This document shows, piece after piece, positions 40,201 to 51,875 of a stretch of DNA of 64,000 bases. Below the pieces are notes generated by a model. The model worked only from the letters and a program-made list of their open reading frames with translations, ran no database searches and had not been told where the DNA came from. Source of the DNA: Cenococcum geophilum (lineage: Eukaryota); the NCBI GenBank assembly GCA_050273025.1, contig CP158635.1, positions 13,144,001-13,208,000 on the forward strand, in the 5' to 3' direction. Both the position numbers and the translations under genes were made by a program. Positions within the stretch are counted from its first letter, which is position 1, and each line of letters opens with the position of its first letter.

Positions 40201-43200
40201 GTCGAGGGCGTAAGGAGGTGATATACCTACGCGTAGCTGACATAAGCTGTACGCGAGGTGTACGCGAGAGCACGGGGCTCTCCTATGGAGGCCCCTGCGG
40301 TGGGGTTCCGTGACAGTAACTGTCTACTAAGTTCCACCGTAACTATCTACCAAGTTTTACTATAATCCACCGTCTCCTGCCCGTACTATAACACTACTAG
40401 AACTATAAGCCTCCTATATACACCCGCTTAACCTAGGTTAGGTAATAAGATACCCGACTTTAAGATATTTACTATACGTATATATGACCGCATGTATAAT
40501 AGCCAAGGCCGTTATAGCTAAGGCCGAAACCAGAGCAATTAAGACCTCCCCTTTGTAACGTTTAACCTTATACCTATCTCCCGCGCGTACTATATAGGGC
40601 CGCCGCCTCGTTTCCGTCCCTCTGGGCCAACTAAGTTATACTAGCCTAACTATAGCACTGGGGAACTAGACACGCCCTAACCTGGACAATATTAAATGCA
40701 CTTATACCGTTAATTTTACCCAGTTCTATAAATAAAAAGGCGTAAAGGTAATAAGGATCTATATGGCGGAGCTAGTAGAACTAGTTAAACAAGAACACCG
40801 ACGGCTGCTTAAGGAGCTGCCTATAGGCCTAATAGAAGTACCAAACCTATTAAAAAGGTCTTTTTGCTAGCTGGTAGAAGGCGACTATATAATAGAGGAA
40901 GCCCGTAAAGCGCTACCCCCTTATTTTTATAACTTCCTTAAGACAAACCTTAAAACCAAGTCCGAGCTCCTACGCCGAAAGATAGTTAATACTAATATTA
41001 AGAAGTTCCTAAAAGGCAAGCTAGGATTAACCTATAAAGATATTTTATAATGCTTACTAAAAGAGTTCCGCGAATATATTAAACACTTTCTCCCTAAGAA
41101 CGCGGATAAGCTACCCCCTTATTGACCATAGGACTATAAAATTAAGATTATGCCTAGAAAGCAAGCCCCGTACTATAAAAATAGACTACTCTTACCCGCT
41201 AAACTTATGTGCGTAAAGAGGTGGATTAACGAAATGCTGGATAAGGGTTTTATCCGCGAGTCGACCTTACTAGCCGCTATACTACTCCTCCTTGCTATAA
41301 AACCTGGCGGCGGTATATAAATCTACTATAACTACCGAGGCCTAAATATAGTCACTATTAAGAATTGATACCTATTGCTACTAGTCTGTGAGACACTTAA
41401 CGTACTCTATAGTGCTAAGTACTTTACTAAGCTTAATATAATTGCTGCGTTTAACTAGATCCGGATCGCGGAAGGCTATAAATAGCTTACAGCATTTATT
41501 ACCTAATTTAGACTCTATAAAATATTAGTTATACCATTTAGTCTCTATAACGCGCCCGCTATATTTTAGAACTATATTAATTATGTCTTACATAACGCCC
41601 TTAACGACTACTGCACTGCGTACCTTAATAATATCCTTATCTTCTCTAAAACACGTACTAAGCACACGAAATATATAAATGAAATTATCTAGAGACTTAG
41701 TAATGCCGGACTCCAGATTAATATTAATAAGTCTAAGTTTTATGCTACTAAAACAAAATACCTTAGCCTAATTATCTCGACTAACGGCATAACTATAGAC
41801 CCTGAGAAGGTATAGGCCTTGTAGAAATGGAAGGACCTAACGTTAGTAAAGGAACTACAGCAGTTTCTTGGCTTTGTGAATTTCTACTAATAATTTATCC
41901 AAAGCTATTCCAAGATAGTTAAGCCTATAACTAGGCTACTAAAAAAGAGCACTAGCTAGTTATAGGGCCCTAATTAAGCAGAAGCGTTCCAGACCCTAAA
42001 AATAGCGTTTACTACAGCACCGGTCTTAGCATATTACAACTATACGAAGAAGACTGTAGTAGAGACAGACGCCTCAAACTGGGCTTTAGGTAGAGTGCTC
42101 TACTAAGCTAATGAAAACAACAAGCTTAAGCTAGTCGCATTCTTCTCTGCTAAGTACTTAGCCCCTAAATACAACTATAAAATATACAATAAGGAGCTCC
42201 TAGCAATAGTTAAGGCACTAAAAGAATAGCGCCCTAAACTATAAGGAACTGAGCAGCTGTTTAAAATTATCACGGACTATAAAAACCTTTAGACCTTTAT
42301 AATAACAAAACAACTAAACTAGCACCAAGTCCGCTGGGCTAAGTTCCTTTCCTAATTTAACTTTGTTATTACCTATAGGCCTAGCACTAAAGCCACGATC
42401 TTAGATGCTCTTAGCCGCCTCCTAGGCGTAACACCCGCTAATACTAGTAACGAACGTCTACGACACCGAGACCGCGTTATCTTACCACCAAAGAAAGTTA
42501 ACCCCGCTATCCTAGAAGAGCTACTAAGCGAATCCCGAGACTAGAGCGTTAAAGACTTTATAGCAGTAATAGACCCAAAGCTTAAGAAAAAAACCCCTTA
42601 AGGAGCTTATTAAGAATGCTTATAAGGAGAATAAACTCGCTAGGGATATATTAGCTGCGCTACGCGAACGGGAAGGCCATAAAGCACGCCGTTGGCCCAA
42701 GCAGATTAGGAAGTTACTCCGCTGTAACAAATCTAAATATTTAATTATCGACGGCCTAATCTACTATAGGAATTAAGTATTTATCCCTAATTCGCCTAAA
42801 CTCCGACTAGAAGTTATATATCACACGCATAGTTTAGGTCCTACGGACCACCCAGGCCGCGTTAAGATACTAGACCTCCTTAATTAAACCTATTAGTAGC
42901 CAGGTATTTTATAGTTCATAGCTACCTTTATAAAAGACTGCGCTCTCTGCTTCTATATAAAGACCCTATACTTAGCACTGCCTGGTTTCCTAAAACTACT
43001 AAAACTACCAGTCCACCCGTAAACTGATATCTCTATTGACCACGTTATCGACCTACTTAAGTGCCTTCGCAACAGCAAAATATATAGATATATCTTCGTC
43101 GTTATTGACCGCCTAACAAAGATAAGACACTTTATTCCTATTACTAGCCTAAATACTAAGGAGCTTATTAAAGTATTTATCTATACTGTCTATAAGTTAC

Positions 43201-44627
43201 ACGGTGCTTTGAATACTATCGTTTCTAATAAAGGCTCTTTATTCGTTTCTAACTTCTAGCGTCGCCTAAACTAGCGCCTAAAGGTAACCCTAAGCCCCAG
43301 TTCTATATAGTACCCTAAAACAGATAGCCAAACCAAGATTATTAATGCAGCAATAAATAAGTACCTACGCGCCTTTGTGAGCTTCACCTAAGATAACTAG
43401 GTAGATTAGCTCCCCCTTACTGAGTTTACTATAAATAACTAGGTTAACGAGACCACGGGATTTTTACCGTTCTTCGCCAACTATAGCTATAACCCACGTC
43501 TAGGCGTCGAACTAGCGGGCCCTTAGCCATTAGCCCTATCTATATATGCAAAGAAAGAGTACCTATAAGCTAATACTATTGCGAACCGCTTTAAGCGTAT
43601 CCTAACTCAGCTTAAGGCCCTAGCCCGTATCTCCCAGCAACGCTATAAAGATAACGCTAATATGAAATGGGACGAAGGTATAATATTTAAAAAGGATGAT
43701 ATAGTTATAGTTAGCCTCAAAAACATAAAGACTAACCGGCCTAAGAGGAAGTAGGATAACAATTAGGATAGACCTTGGCCCGTCTTAGCTACCTATAGAG
43801 GGGCAGTTATAGTAAACCTCCTAGATTATATTTACGTTAATAAGTCTTTCTATACGTTAAAAGTCCGCCTCTGGTTCCCTAAGGAGATCCCTGGCTAAGC
43901 ATGCATTAATAAAAAGGAACGTCATAACGTTATAGGTAGGATAGCTAAAAGGGACGATAACGGCAATATTACAGATAAGTGGGAATTTGAGAAGATCCTT
44001 AATGTATACGATAAATAAAGGGACGAGTATAGCTTAATATACTATATTAAGTGGAAGTATTATAACAAAGAAACCTAGGAACCTAAGAAATCCCTAAAAG
44101 GGTGCGAGCGCGTACTATTTAAGTTTTATAAGCAACACCCTAAGAAGCTAGGATCTCTAGACTGGGCATAAGATAAGGGAGAGTTGTTACGCCAAGGTTA
44201 ATTATGTAATAGTTAAGATATTATAGAACTTTAACCACTAGTTAAAGTTATCTAATTGGTTAGATTCTTGTAAAAGGCGCAGCGCTAGACTAATTTAGAT
44301 GGCGGTGTGGAATTCTACTAACTCCATTTACTAAGCCAACTAATTAGGATTTTCTATCCCCGGGATAGAAAATCGCGCATTACCTGTTTTTGGAGTTACC
44401 TATTCGGTTTAGGGACTAAACCTTTTGGGGAAAGGGAGTACTATCACGGTACTAACTTACTATATACTGTTCCATACTGTCTTATACTATTTTCTACCGT
44501 TAACTGGCCCACCACTAGCGCCTCAGCGGCTGGCCCTACTATTTATATACAATACCCCTTTTCACCTTCTTCTCCTCTTTATACCATAACGTAGTTATTT
44601 AGTCTACTTTATTGCAGCACTGTGACA
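31284..44627 (+). mobile_element. Full-length RIPed Gypsy chromovirus family E (LTRs 31284-31469 and 44442-44627; TSD GATAG), hosting D2
   Basis: 186-bp LTRs; TSD GATAG at 31279-83 and 44628-32; gag ~31669-33210; RT AYL(D)(D)ILIFS at ~41618; VETDASNWA at ~42059; chromodomain WEFEKIL..Y.IKWK at ~43980-44160; PPT ggggaaagggag. Confidence 0.95.
33971..40315 (-). mobile_element. Full-length Gypsy family D, copy D2 (LTRs 33971-34162 and 40124-40315; TSD GTAAC)
   Basis: 192-bp LTRs differing at 6 transitions; TSD GTAAC at 33966-70 and 40316-20; reverse complement of D1 without the solo LTR; RT motif AYLDDILIY is intact at ~37030-37052. Confidence 0.96.
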
Positions 44628-46909
44628 GATAGAAGGATATCTTAATTGACTTTATTATTAACCTTCCTAAAAGTAAAGGCTGTATAAATATTATAGTAGT
44701 TATAAACCGACTATTTAAAATAAGACACTTAATCGCCTACCCTAATATATTAACGCCTGCTATCGCCTAATTATTCCTAGATTACGTATAGAAACTCCAC
44801 GGACTCCCTAAAACAATTATCTCCGATAGAGGCAACCAGTTTATCTTAGCATTCTAGAAAAAACTAACTACTTAACTCTGCATTAAAGCACTATTATCTA
44901 CCGTATATTACCTAAAAATAGATGGCTAAACGGAACGCGTAAATACTATAATAGAATAGTATATTTGGATATACACGTTATATTTATAGGATAACTAAAT
45001 TAACTAGCTCGTATTTACTAAGTTTACTACAAATAATTCTATCTCGGAAACTATAAAAGTCTCCCCGTTCCTAGCTAATTACGGCTAGCACCTACAAATA
45101 GGTTTTAAACCCTTTAGTAATATTCCTTACCCTACTTATTACGCCTTATAAGTCGTAGAAGTAAATAAATTTATAAAAAGATAGAGGAACTATAACAGTT
45201 TTTTACTAATAAGATAATATAGGCTTAATCTATCTATAAAGCCGCAGCAAATAAGAAATAAACCCTAGCACCAGCCTACTAAATTAGTAATTTCGTCTAG
45301 CTAAATACAAGAAATCTAAACACGAAATAACCTACTAAGAAACTTAATTAGAAGAACGCTGGCCCTTATAAGGTTAAAAAGGTTATCTCTCCTTATACCT
45401 ACTAACTAAAGCTCCCTAATACGGTTAAAATCCACCCCGTATTCCATATATTAGTCCTCCGCCCTACTACCCCCATATTAGATGCCCTGCCTAGACAAAT
45501 ATAAGACCCTCCCCCACCAGTTAAAGTGGATGGTAAGAACGAGTACTTTATTAAAAAAATTAACGATATTAAGTACAATAAACGGAAACGCTAATATATA
45601 TATCTTATAAAATAGAGAGGCTTTACTAAGCCTTTATAGGAACCCGTTAACTTTATAGGACTTATATAAGCTATAGAAGACTTTTATAAACTCTACCTAG
45701 AATTACTATAACCCTATTTTGCAGAAGCTTAAATTTAAAGGGGGGGGTACTATTATAGGATACCTCCGTAACACCACCTCTTTCTACTAACTTAATAACC
45801 AAAGACTAACTATAAGATAGTAATCTAACGATAATCTGCTATATTTTACTATATTCCACTAAGTTTTATTAAATCCTGCTAAGTTCTGCTAGGACTACTA
45901 CCTAAATCCTATTCTGCTTTATATATATATATTAACTAAGCAACTAAGCTAATAATATATACCATTTTTTCCCCATTCTTTTACCTTCTTTCCTTATATA
46001 ACCTCTTAACTCTATTATATAGTTTATATATATAGCTTAATAATATCTACTTTATTATATATTATTATCGCTTATACTTACTCCATAATAGTTAATATAC
46101 TTCTTTAGTACTAATGCTTTCTTAATATCGGCTATTATAATAGCGAAGATTATATATTTAGGTTTTTTAGTAAGCTAAGCTAGCGGAGTAGCTCTAATTA
46201 TATAAATATTTAGGGTGTTAAGCTTGCTTAGGTTATCTATAGTTTCTTATATAAGTTCTTATTTAGCTTTAGGTTTAGTATTAGGTATATGGTTAGTATT
46301 AGATCTAGGTTTAAGTTCTTTAAGTATCCTTTTTATAGTAGAATACTAGTTCTTTTAGTACTTTTATATATTAAGCTTAAGCTTCTACTTGGTTTAGAGC
46401 GGTATAGTGGTTAGAATTGGTTTATATAGTTTAGTATAATTTTTAAGTCCTTGGTTAATATTAGCAGAAATCTTATACTGGTGAAATTTGGTAGAATTCT
46501 TAGATTAGCAGACGTTGACAGAAATCTTATACTAGTAAAATTTAGTAGAATCCTTAGGTTAGTAAAATTAAGTAGATTTTTTAGGTACGGCGTAGATAGT
46601 TATAGAAGTCTTATATTAGTAGATTCTGGTGGATTTTTTAGATTTTAGTTTAGGGTCTAAGTAGCGAGTTATAAAGCACTTCTACTTATAATAAGAAGTA
46701 GTAAATAGAAGCTTAAGGTTGTCTTAATTAATAGTTACCTTATATAGCTTTACCTAGAATTATTTAAGAATTATTAGGTAACTTAGGGTAGTAATAAAAG
46801 GCCCAATTAGTTCTTTATAGTTTAGGTTTTAAAGTTTTAAGTATACTATATAGGTAATTTAGCCTAAGACCGTTTATTTACTATTAAATCTAAATATGTT
46901 AATATACTA

Positions 46910-47851
46910 TATTAGCAAAATATAGTACCCTACCAATGGCCTAAATAGTTCGTAGTTGACGCAATTGGCGCGCAGTTAAGGGCATTTGGCAACTCGACCA
47001 ACTAGCCTATATCGTATTTTTTTTAACACGCAGCCTGCGTATAACCTGTGTATTTGGCAACTATAGAGCTACCTACCTCTTTTATACTAATAGTATATTT
47101 TAGATAATAAATAATAAATAAAAGCTATTTTTAAGCTATTTATAAAGTTGGCAAGGTAAATTATATATACTTCTTTATATAATCTCTATATATAGTTAAA
47201 AAGTAGTTACTAAGAGTAGTAGATATAGACCTATCTGTATCCACCTATCTATATCTACTTACCTATTTATATCGCCTACCTATCTATATTTACCTACCTG
47301 TCTATATCTACCTACCTATTTATATCTATCTACCTATCTATATCTGCCTATCTATTAGTATTTACTTACCTACCTATATCTACTTCGTGTAGAGCTTTAT
47401 ATAGAGCTTTGTATAGAGCTTTATATAGAGCTTTATACAGAGCCTTATACAGAGCCTTATATAGAGCCTCTATACGTAAAGGTTTATATAGAGCTTTATA
47501 TAGAGCTTTGTATAAAGCCTTATGCAGAGCCTTATACAGAGCCTCTAAGTAATAAAACTATATAAGATTGTATAAGATTGCGTAATTAGTATATAACTTT
47601 ACCTTAATTGCATATTAAGGAATATACAGTTAGCTTTTAAAGTTGTTAAGTAGGTTAACTGCGTATTATTTAACTTTTAAATGTGTTAAGTAGGTTAACT
47701 GCGTGTTATTTAACTTTTAAATGTGTTAAGTTGGTTAATTTCGTGTCAAGTTAGTCAATTGCGTATCGAGTTAGTTAATTTGCATGTCAATTACGCGAAA
47801 CGCGCTAAATAAAGTCTACGTAAATCTCATCCTGCGAATATTTTCCCGATG
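46910..47851. mobile_element. Non-autonomous TIR element (~14-bp TIRs CATCGGGAAAATAT, TA TSD) rich in internal tandem repeats
   Basis: Left end TATTAGCAAAATAT, right end ATATTTTCCCGATG; TA at 46908-09 and 47852-53; the host C5 sequence resumes colinearly. Confidence 0.78.
47229..47745. repeat. Tandem arrays: degenerate (CTACCTATCTATAT)n 47229-47380, 12-mer (AGAGCTTTATAT)n 47390-47545, ~37-mer x3 47630-47745
   Basis: Periodicity is directly visible. Confidence 0.9.
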
Positions 47852-48945
47852 TAGTTAAGGGGGTTTAGGGTAAAACCATTATCTTACGCAAAAATCTTAT
47901 TAATAAATCCTATACTACTAGCTCCTATATTAATTAGAACTTCAGTATTAGTTTATTAGTTATTCTGCTAAAGGTAATAATTAATGGTTATACTACGGTC
48001 CTAAGAGTTAGAGTTTACAATATCTAAAGTATTTAATAAGATTTTAAGGTAGAGCTGTCCTAAAGAGCGACTTAACTCTAAACCCTTTTTTAGAGGTAAT
48101 TGGGGTGGAGTTCTTATAGCGTCTTAATTATAACTTTGTCCTTATAAGTAGTATTTACTAAATACTAGGCTAGAGCTAGGTAATAATTAGGGTTACTAGG
48201 TAGGGCTTAGTTAAGGAGATTGGTTACTTATACTAGCTATCCCTATATATATTTAGGGTATTAGGATAGAGTAGTAACTTAAAATATAAGTATTACTTCC
48301 GCATTTAAAATAAAAGCTATATTTAATGCATTATTTTTATTTAATAGATCCTTTTAGGGCATATAAAGGGTTTTAGCGTTAATATCTATGGTGTCTAGGT
48401 CCTTACGGGTTCTAAGTAGTTAGGGAGTAAAGTATTAAGGCGTAGTATATTATTATATAAGCTATTAATAATATTAGTGTAGGCAGTAGTAGTATCTGGC
48501 AGTTTAACCCTAACTAGGAATGCTTTTAATTTAGGGTTTAAAGATTTTATTAAACAGTTAATTGGGGTAGATTTATTCTATCTAGTCTTTTTAGCGTAGT
48601 AGTGGGACTTAATAAAATATGATGGGAAGTTCTTAAAGTCTTATATTATCCTATTTAGTTTCCTTTATATAGTAGCGGTTTAGTTAGGGTTGCTATAAAA
48701 GGCTTATAGTATAGCAACTAGCTCTTTTATAATGTTTAGCCAGAATAGGTATATAGTTTCTACGGCGTCTCCTATTAGATAGCTTATAGTATAGTGTAAC
48801 TAACTATTAGGAGTAGTATAATAATTAATATTACTATTTAGCTTGTTTTTAAGTTAGTTATAAATATAGGGGCTTTTAGGTTATTTTATATACTAGGCGG
48901 AGCGGAACGAGGCTATATAAAATATAGGTTTAATATAATATAGTA

Positions 48946-49528
48946 GGGGCGATGGCGCAGTGGTAGAGATGTGCTATCGGGAAGTCTAACGCGGAGTGGT
49001 GACCGCGAAGGTCGTAGGTTCGAATCCTACAGCCCTTTTCTTTCCTGTGGCTTTTTACTCTCCATATAAACCTCAAAAGGGTATATAGGCGCCACTATCT
49101 GTAGTATCAAGATAGCTAAAGGGCGCTTACCAGCGCTAAAAAAATAGGCCCGTTGGCTTATAACGGTAATAGGAGCAACCGACCCCTAGTCTTAGTGTGG
49201 CGCACAACAGGGCGGTGGAGAATGTCGGTGAGGGCGCTATCTATCGCAACAGTAGGGCGGGGATATACTATTGGTCACGGCTAGGGGGAGTTTACGATAA
49301 TGTGACTAAAAATCGTGCTTAGCAGTGTACACCTTGGCTATTGGCTACACTAGTCCACTAACAGTGGGAGGAGGCATCTGTATGTAGTATACTGGTTTAA
49401 CTAGCCAGTTCTAGGAGGAGGTTTTTCCCAGTGTGCTGGTTTCCTCCTCTGTAGAGAATAGCGCTCTATAGAACCGCTGCATGGACCTTAAGGAACCGCA
49501 ACAGCGTAATAGAATTGATCTATCTATC
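48946..49528 (+). mobile_element. tRNA-derived SINE with (TCTA)n tail and 12-bp TSD TATAATATAGTA
   Basis: Head GGGGCGATGGCGCAGTGGTAG (A box)...GTAGG-TTCGAAT-CCTAC (B box/T arm); tail gatctatctatcta; TSD at 48934-48945 and 49529-49540. Confidence 0.85.
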
Positions 49529-49851
49529 TATAATATAGTATTACGGAGTAAGTATAAGCGGCGATAATATATAGCGGAGTAGATATTATTAAGCTATATA
49601 TATAAACTATATAATAAAGTTAAGACGTTATATAAGGGGAAAAGGTAAGAAAATAGGAAGAAAGGGTATATATTATTAACTTAGTTGCTTAGTTAATATA
49701 TACATAGAGTAGAATAGGATTTAGGTAGTAGTAGATTGCCATTAGATTGCTATAGATTGTAGTAAATTGCGGTCTCGTGGCCCGTCTTTAATTGCTAAGT
49801 CGGTAAAAACAGGTAAATATGTATTAGGTATTATGGGGATGTCCTATAATA

Positions 49852-50145
49852 AGTAGTTCGGTTAGGGTTATTATAAAAGGTTTTTAGTATAATAACTAAC
49901 TCTTTTATAGTGCTTAGCTAAAACGAGTATATAGTTTCTACAGCGTCTCTTTTTAAGTAGCTTATAGTGTAATATAGTTAGCTATTAGGAGTAGTATAGT
50001 AATAAATATTACTATCTAGTTTATTCTTAAGTTAGTTAAAAAAGAAGCGTAGTTTACTTCTTTTACCTAAGTAGGCGGGAGAATTATAAAGATATTTAGT
50101 TAACTTCTTATAGGGGCACTAATTAGTAAATTTAGGATTAAGGAG
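49852..50145 (-). mobile_element. Family C gag fragment
   Basis: Homologous to ~10770-11058. Confidence 0.8.
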
Positions 50146-50334
50146 TGTTATAAAAGTAGGTATAAACTAAAATATAATATACTAAACGGGGTAGTAATTA
50201 AGAAGGCTACGTACGTATAACTATATATAGTTAATATAAAGACATTTAGATAAAGAAAAGTCTTTATATATATAAAGGTATATTTATAAAAGTAAATCTA
50301 TATTAGGAAATAGATGCTTCCTTTACGGGCAACA
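50146..50334 (-). repeat. Possible LTR of a sixth family (TGTT...AACA termini, PPT-like gagggtg on the minus strand)
   Basis: Terminal TGTT/AACA; interrupts the C gag fragment; no partner LTR or TSD in the window. Confidence 0.35.
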
Positions 50335-50595
50335 CACCCTCGCTTATTAGCTCGCCGCTTTATCCTAGCCCGTACTTTAACCTTATTACATAAAAGCGTC
50401 CACCTCTCGCCGTTTTACTTTCCCTCCTCTATCTTCTCTTCCTCCCTAACGCCGCGCATCCCTCTTATTAGATATTATTGCCTTAGTTAAACCTCCTTAC
50501 TTCGCCCCTAAGCCATTTTATTCCCCTATTAGGGTCCGCGTATATATAAGCCCTACTACTTCCCTTAATTTTTATATCTTAGACTAATAGTAGCA

Positions 50596-51875
50596 TAGCG
50601 CCTCTTATGCTTTTTAATAACGACTTCTTCTATATTTTCTTTATAGTAATAGATAAAACGGCTCTTTCTACTCTTGTTACTGGAGTAGTAATTACTATTT
50701 ATCCTTTCCGTAGCCCGACCTTAAGAGACTTATCCCACTTATATATATAGGCATTTATAATATTTAAAGCTTTCCCCCCTCCTATTTAAGTTATTTTTTT
50801 ACCTTTAAGGAGCTACCACCCGCAGCTACCAATTAACGGGATCTATAGGAATTACCACGCCAGTAATACTGCCTACTTTATTTTTCTAGAAGAGTCTTCT
50901 TCCTAGAGTAACAGCACCTAGTCCCTTACCGCCGTAAGCCCCCTTATATTACTAGATAGGCCTTATATCTTATTACATTTTAGCTAGCAACCCTACTTAA
51001 TTATACGGACATCCTCTCCCCAAAATTAGCTGTATGCTATTAGCCCTAAGTTACCTTAAGTTATAGAATTTATAACTTAGTCCCTATTAGTATAGCTATA
51101 AATAGCTATAGGGGGCTATATTAGGCATTATTCGAACGGATATTATATAGAGTATTGCCTAGGTAGCTATATATACCTACCTAGTAGTATAATTATATTA
51201 CTACAGATATTTTAAAGACGCCGTTTAATCTGCTAGTTTAGGGCTAAGGGGCTATTAGCTCTGCCTAACTGCTTAATAATAAAGTAGTAAAGGATTAATA
51301 ATTTAGGCTCCTAAGCTATAGGGCTATAGTAGGAACTATCTAGATTAAAATTAAAAGGTTGCAGCTTTTAGGCGTATAATAGTTTAGCGGTATAACTATA
51401 AAGGAATCTCTAACGCTAGCTAGCCACATTAGGAGGGCGAGTATTAAGTAGCACCTTATATAGTCTTTTACCTAGTATATTTATAGATATATATATAATT
51501 ACTATGCGAGCGGCAAGCGTATCCGTTACTAGGCGGTTAGCATTAAAGAGCCCTATCCGCTACTAATAAGGGCACTACCTCTTTCTATTATAGAGAGCTC
51601 GTAACGCGTATATATAAGTAGGGCTTTACCTACTAATATAAGCGGCGTAGAAGATTAGCTGGGTCGGTATTATTAGGAAGTAAATAGATATATTAGCGCT
51701 GCCCTTTACTAAGAAACAAGGGTAGAGAATTTGCGCCATTAACCTCCTAATAAGGGGCTAGATATAATAGCTATGTTAAAGCTAAATACGCTAGCTCGGA
51801 TGGGCGGATATAGTTTAACTATAATTTACTAAGGGTGTTAATTAGGCGCTGGGATTTAAGCCCTTATAAACCTTA
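50596..51875 (+). pseudogene. RIP-degraded unknown coding sequence
   Basis: Long frame whose stops are TAA/TAG (RIP-type), starting (M)APLVLFDDDFF..; no domain recognised; limits approximate. Confidence 0.35.

Larger units (their letters stand above)
26873..46090 (+). mobile_element. Gypsy family C, copy C3 (LTRs 26873-27251 and 45751-46090; gag 27286-28470; pol ~28440-31283 + 44633-45735), hosting element E
   Basis: Two C-type LTRs; protease SLIDxGASGIGFI at ~28600; RT YI(D)(D)ILIYS at ~29964; chromodomain ~45540-45700; PPT aaagggggggtac. The flanking 5-mers do not match. Confidence 0.88.
46091..49851 (-). mobile_element. Gypsy family C, copy C5 (5' LTR 49539-49851, internally deleted gag, protease), interrupted by a SINE and a TIR element
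   Basis: Reverse-complement homology to 27700-29383 and to the C LTR; 33-bp tandem repeats at ~46450-46640. Confidence 0.85.

Noticed and set aside
47390..47745. CRISPR-like array
   Set aside because: Head-to-tail tandem repeats with no unique spacers, in a eukaryotic context.
48946..49037. Functional tRNA gene
   Set aside because: The acceptor and D stems pair poorly and there is no clean anticodon arm. It heads a TSD-flanked, tailed element, so it is called a SINE head.
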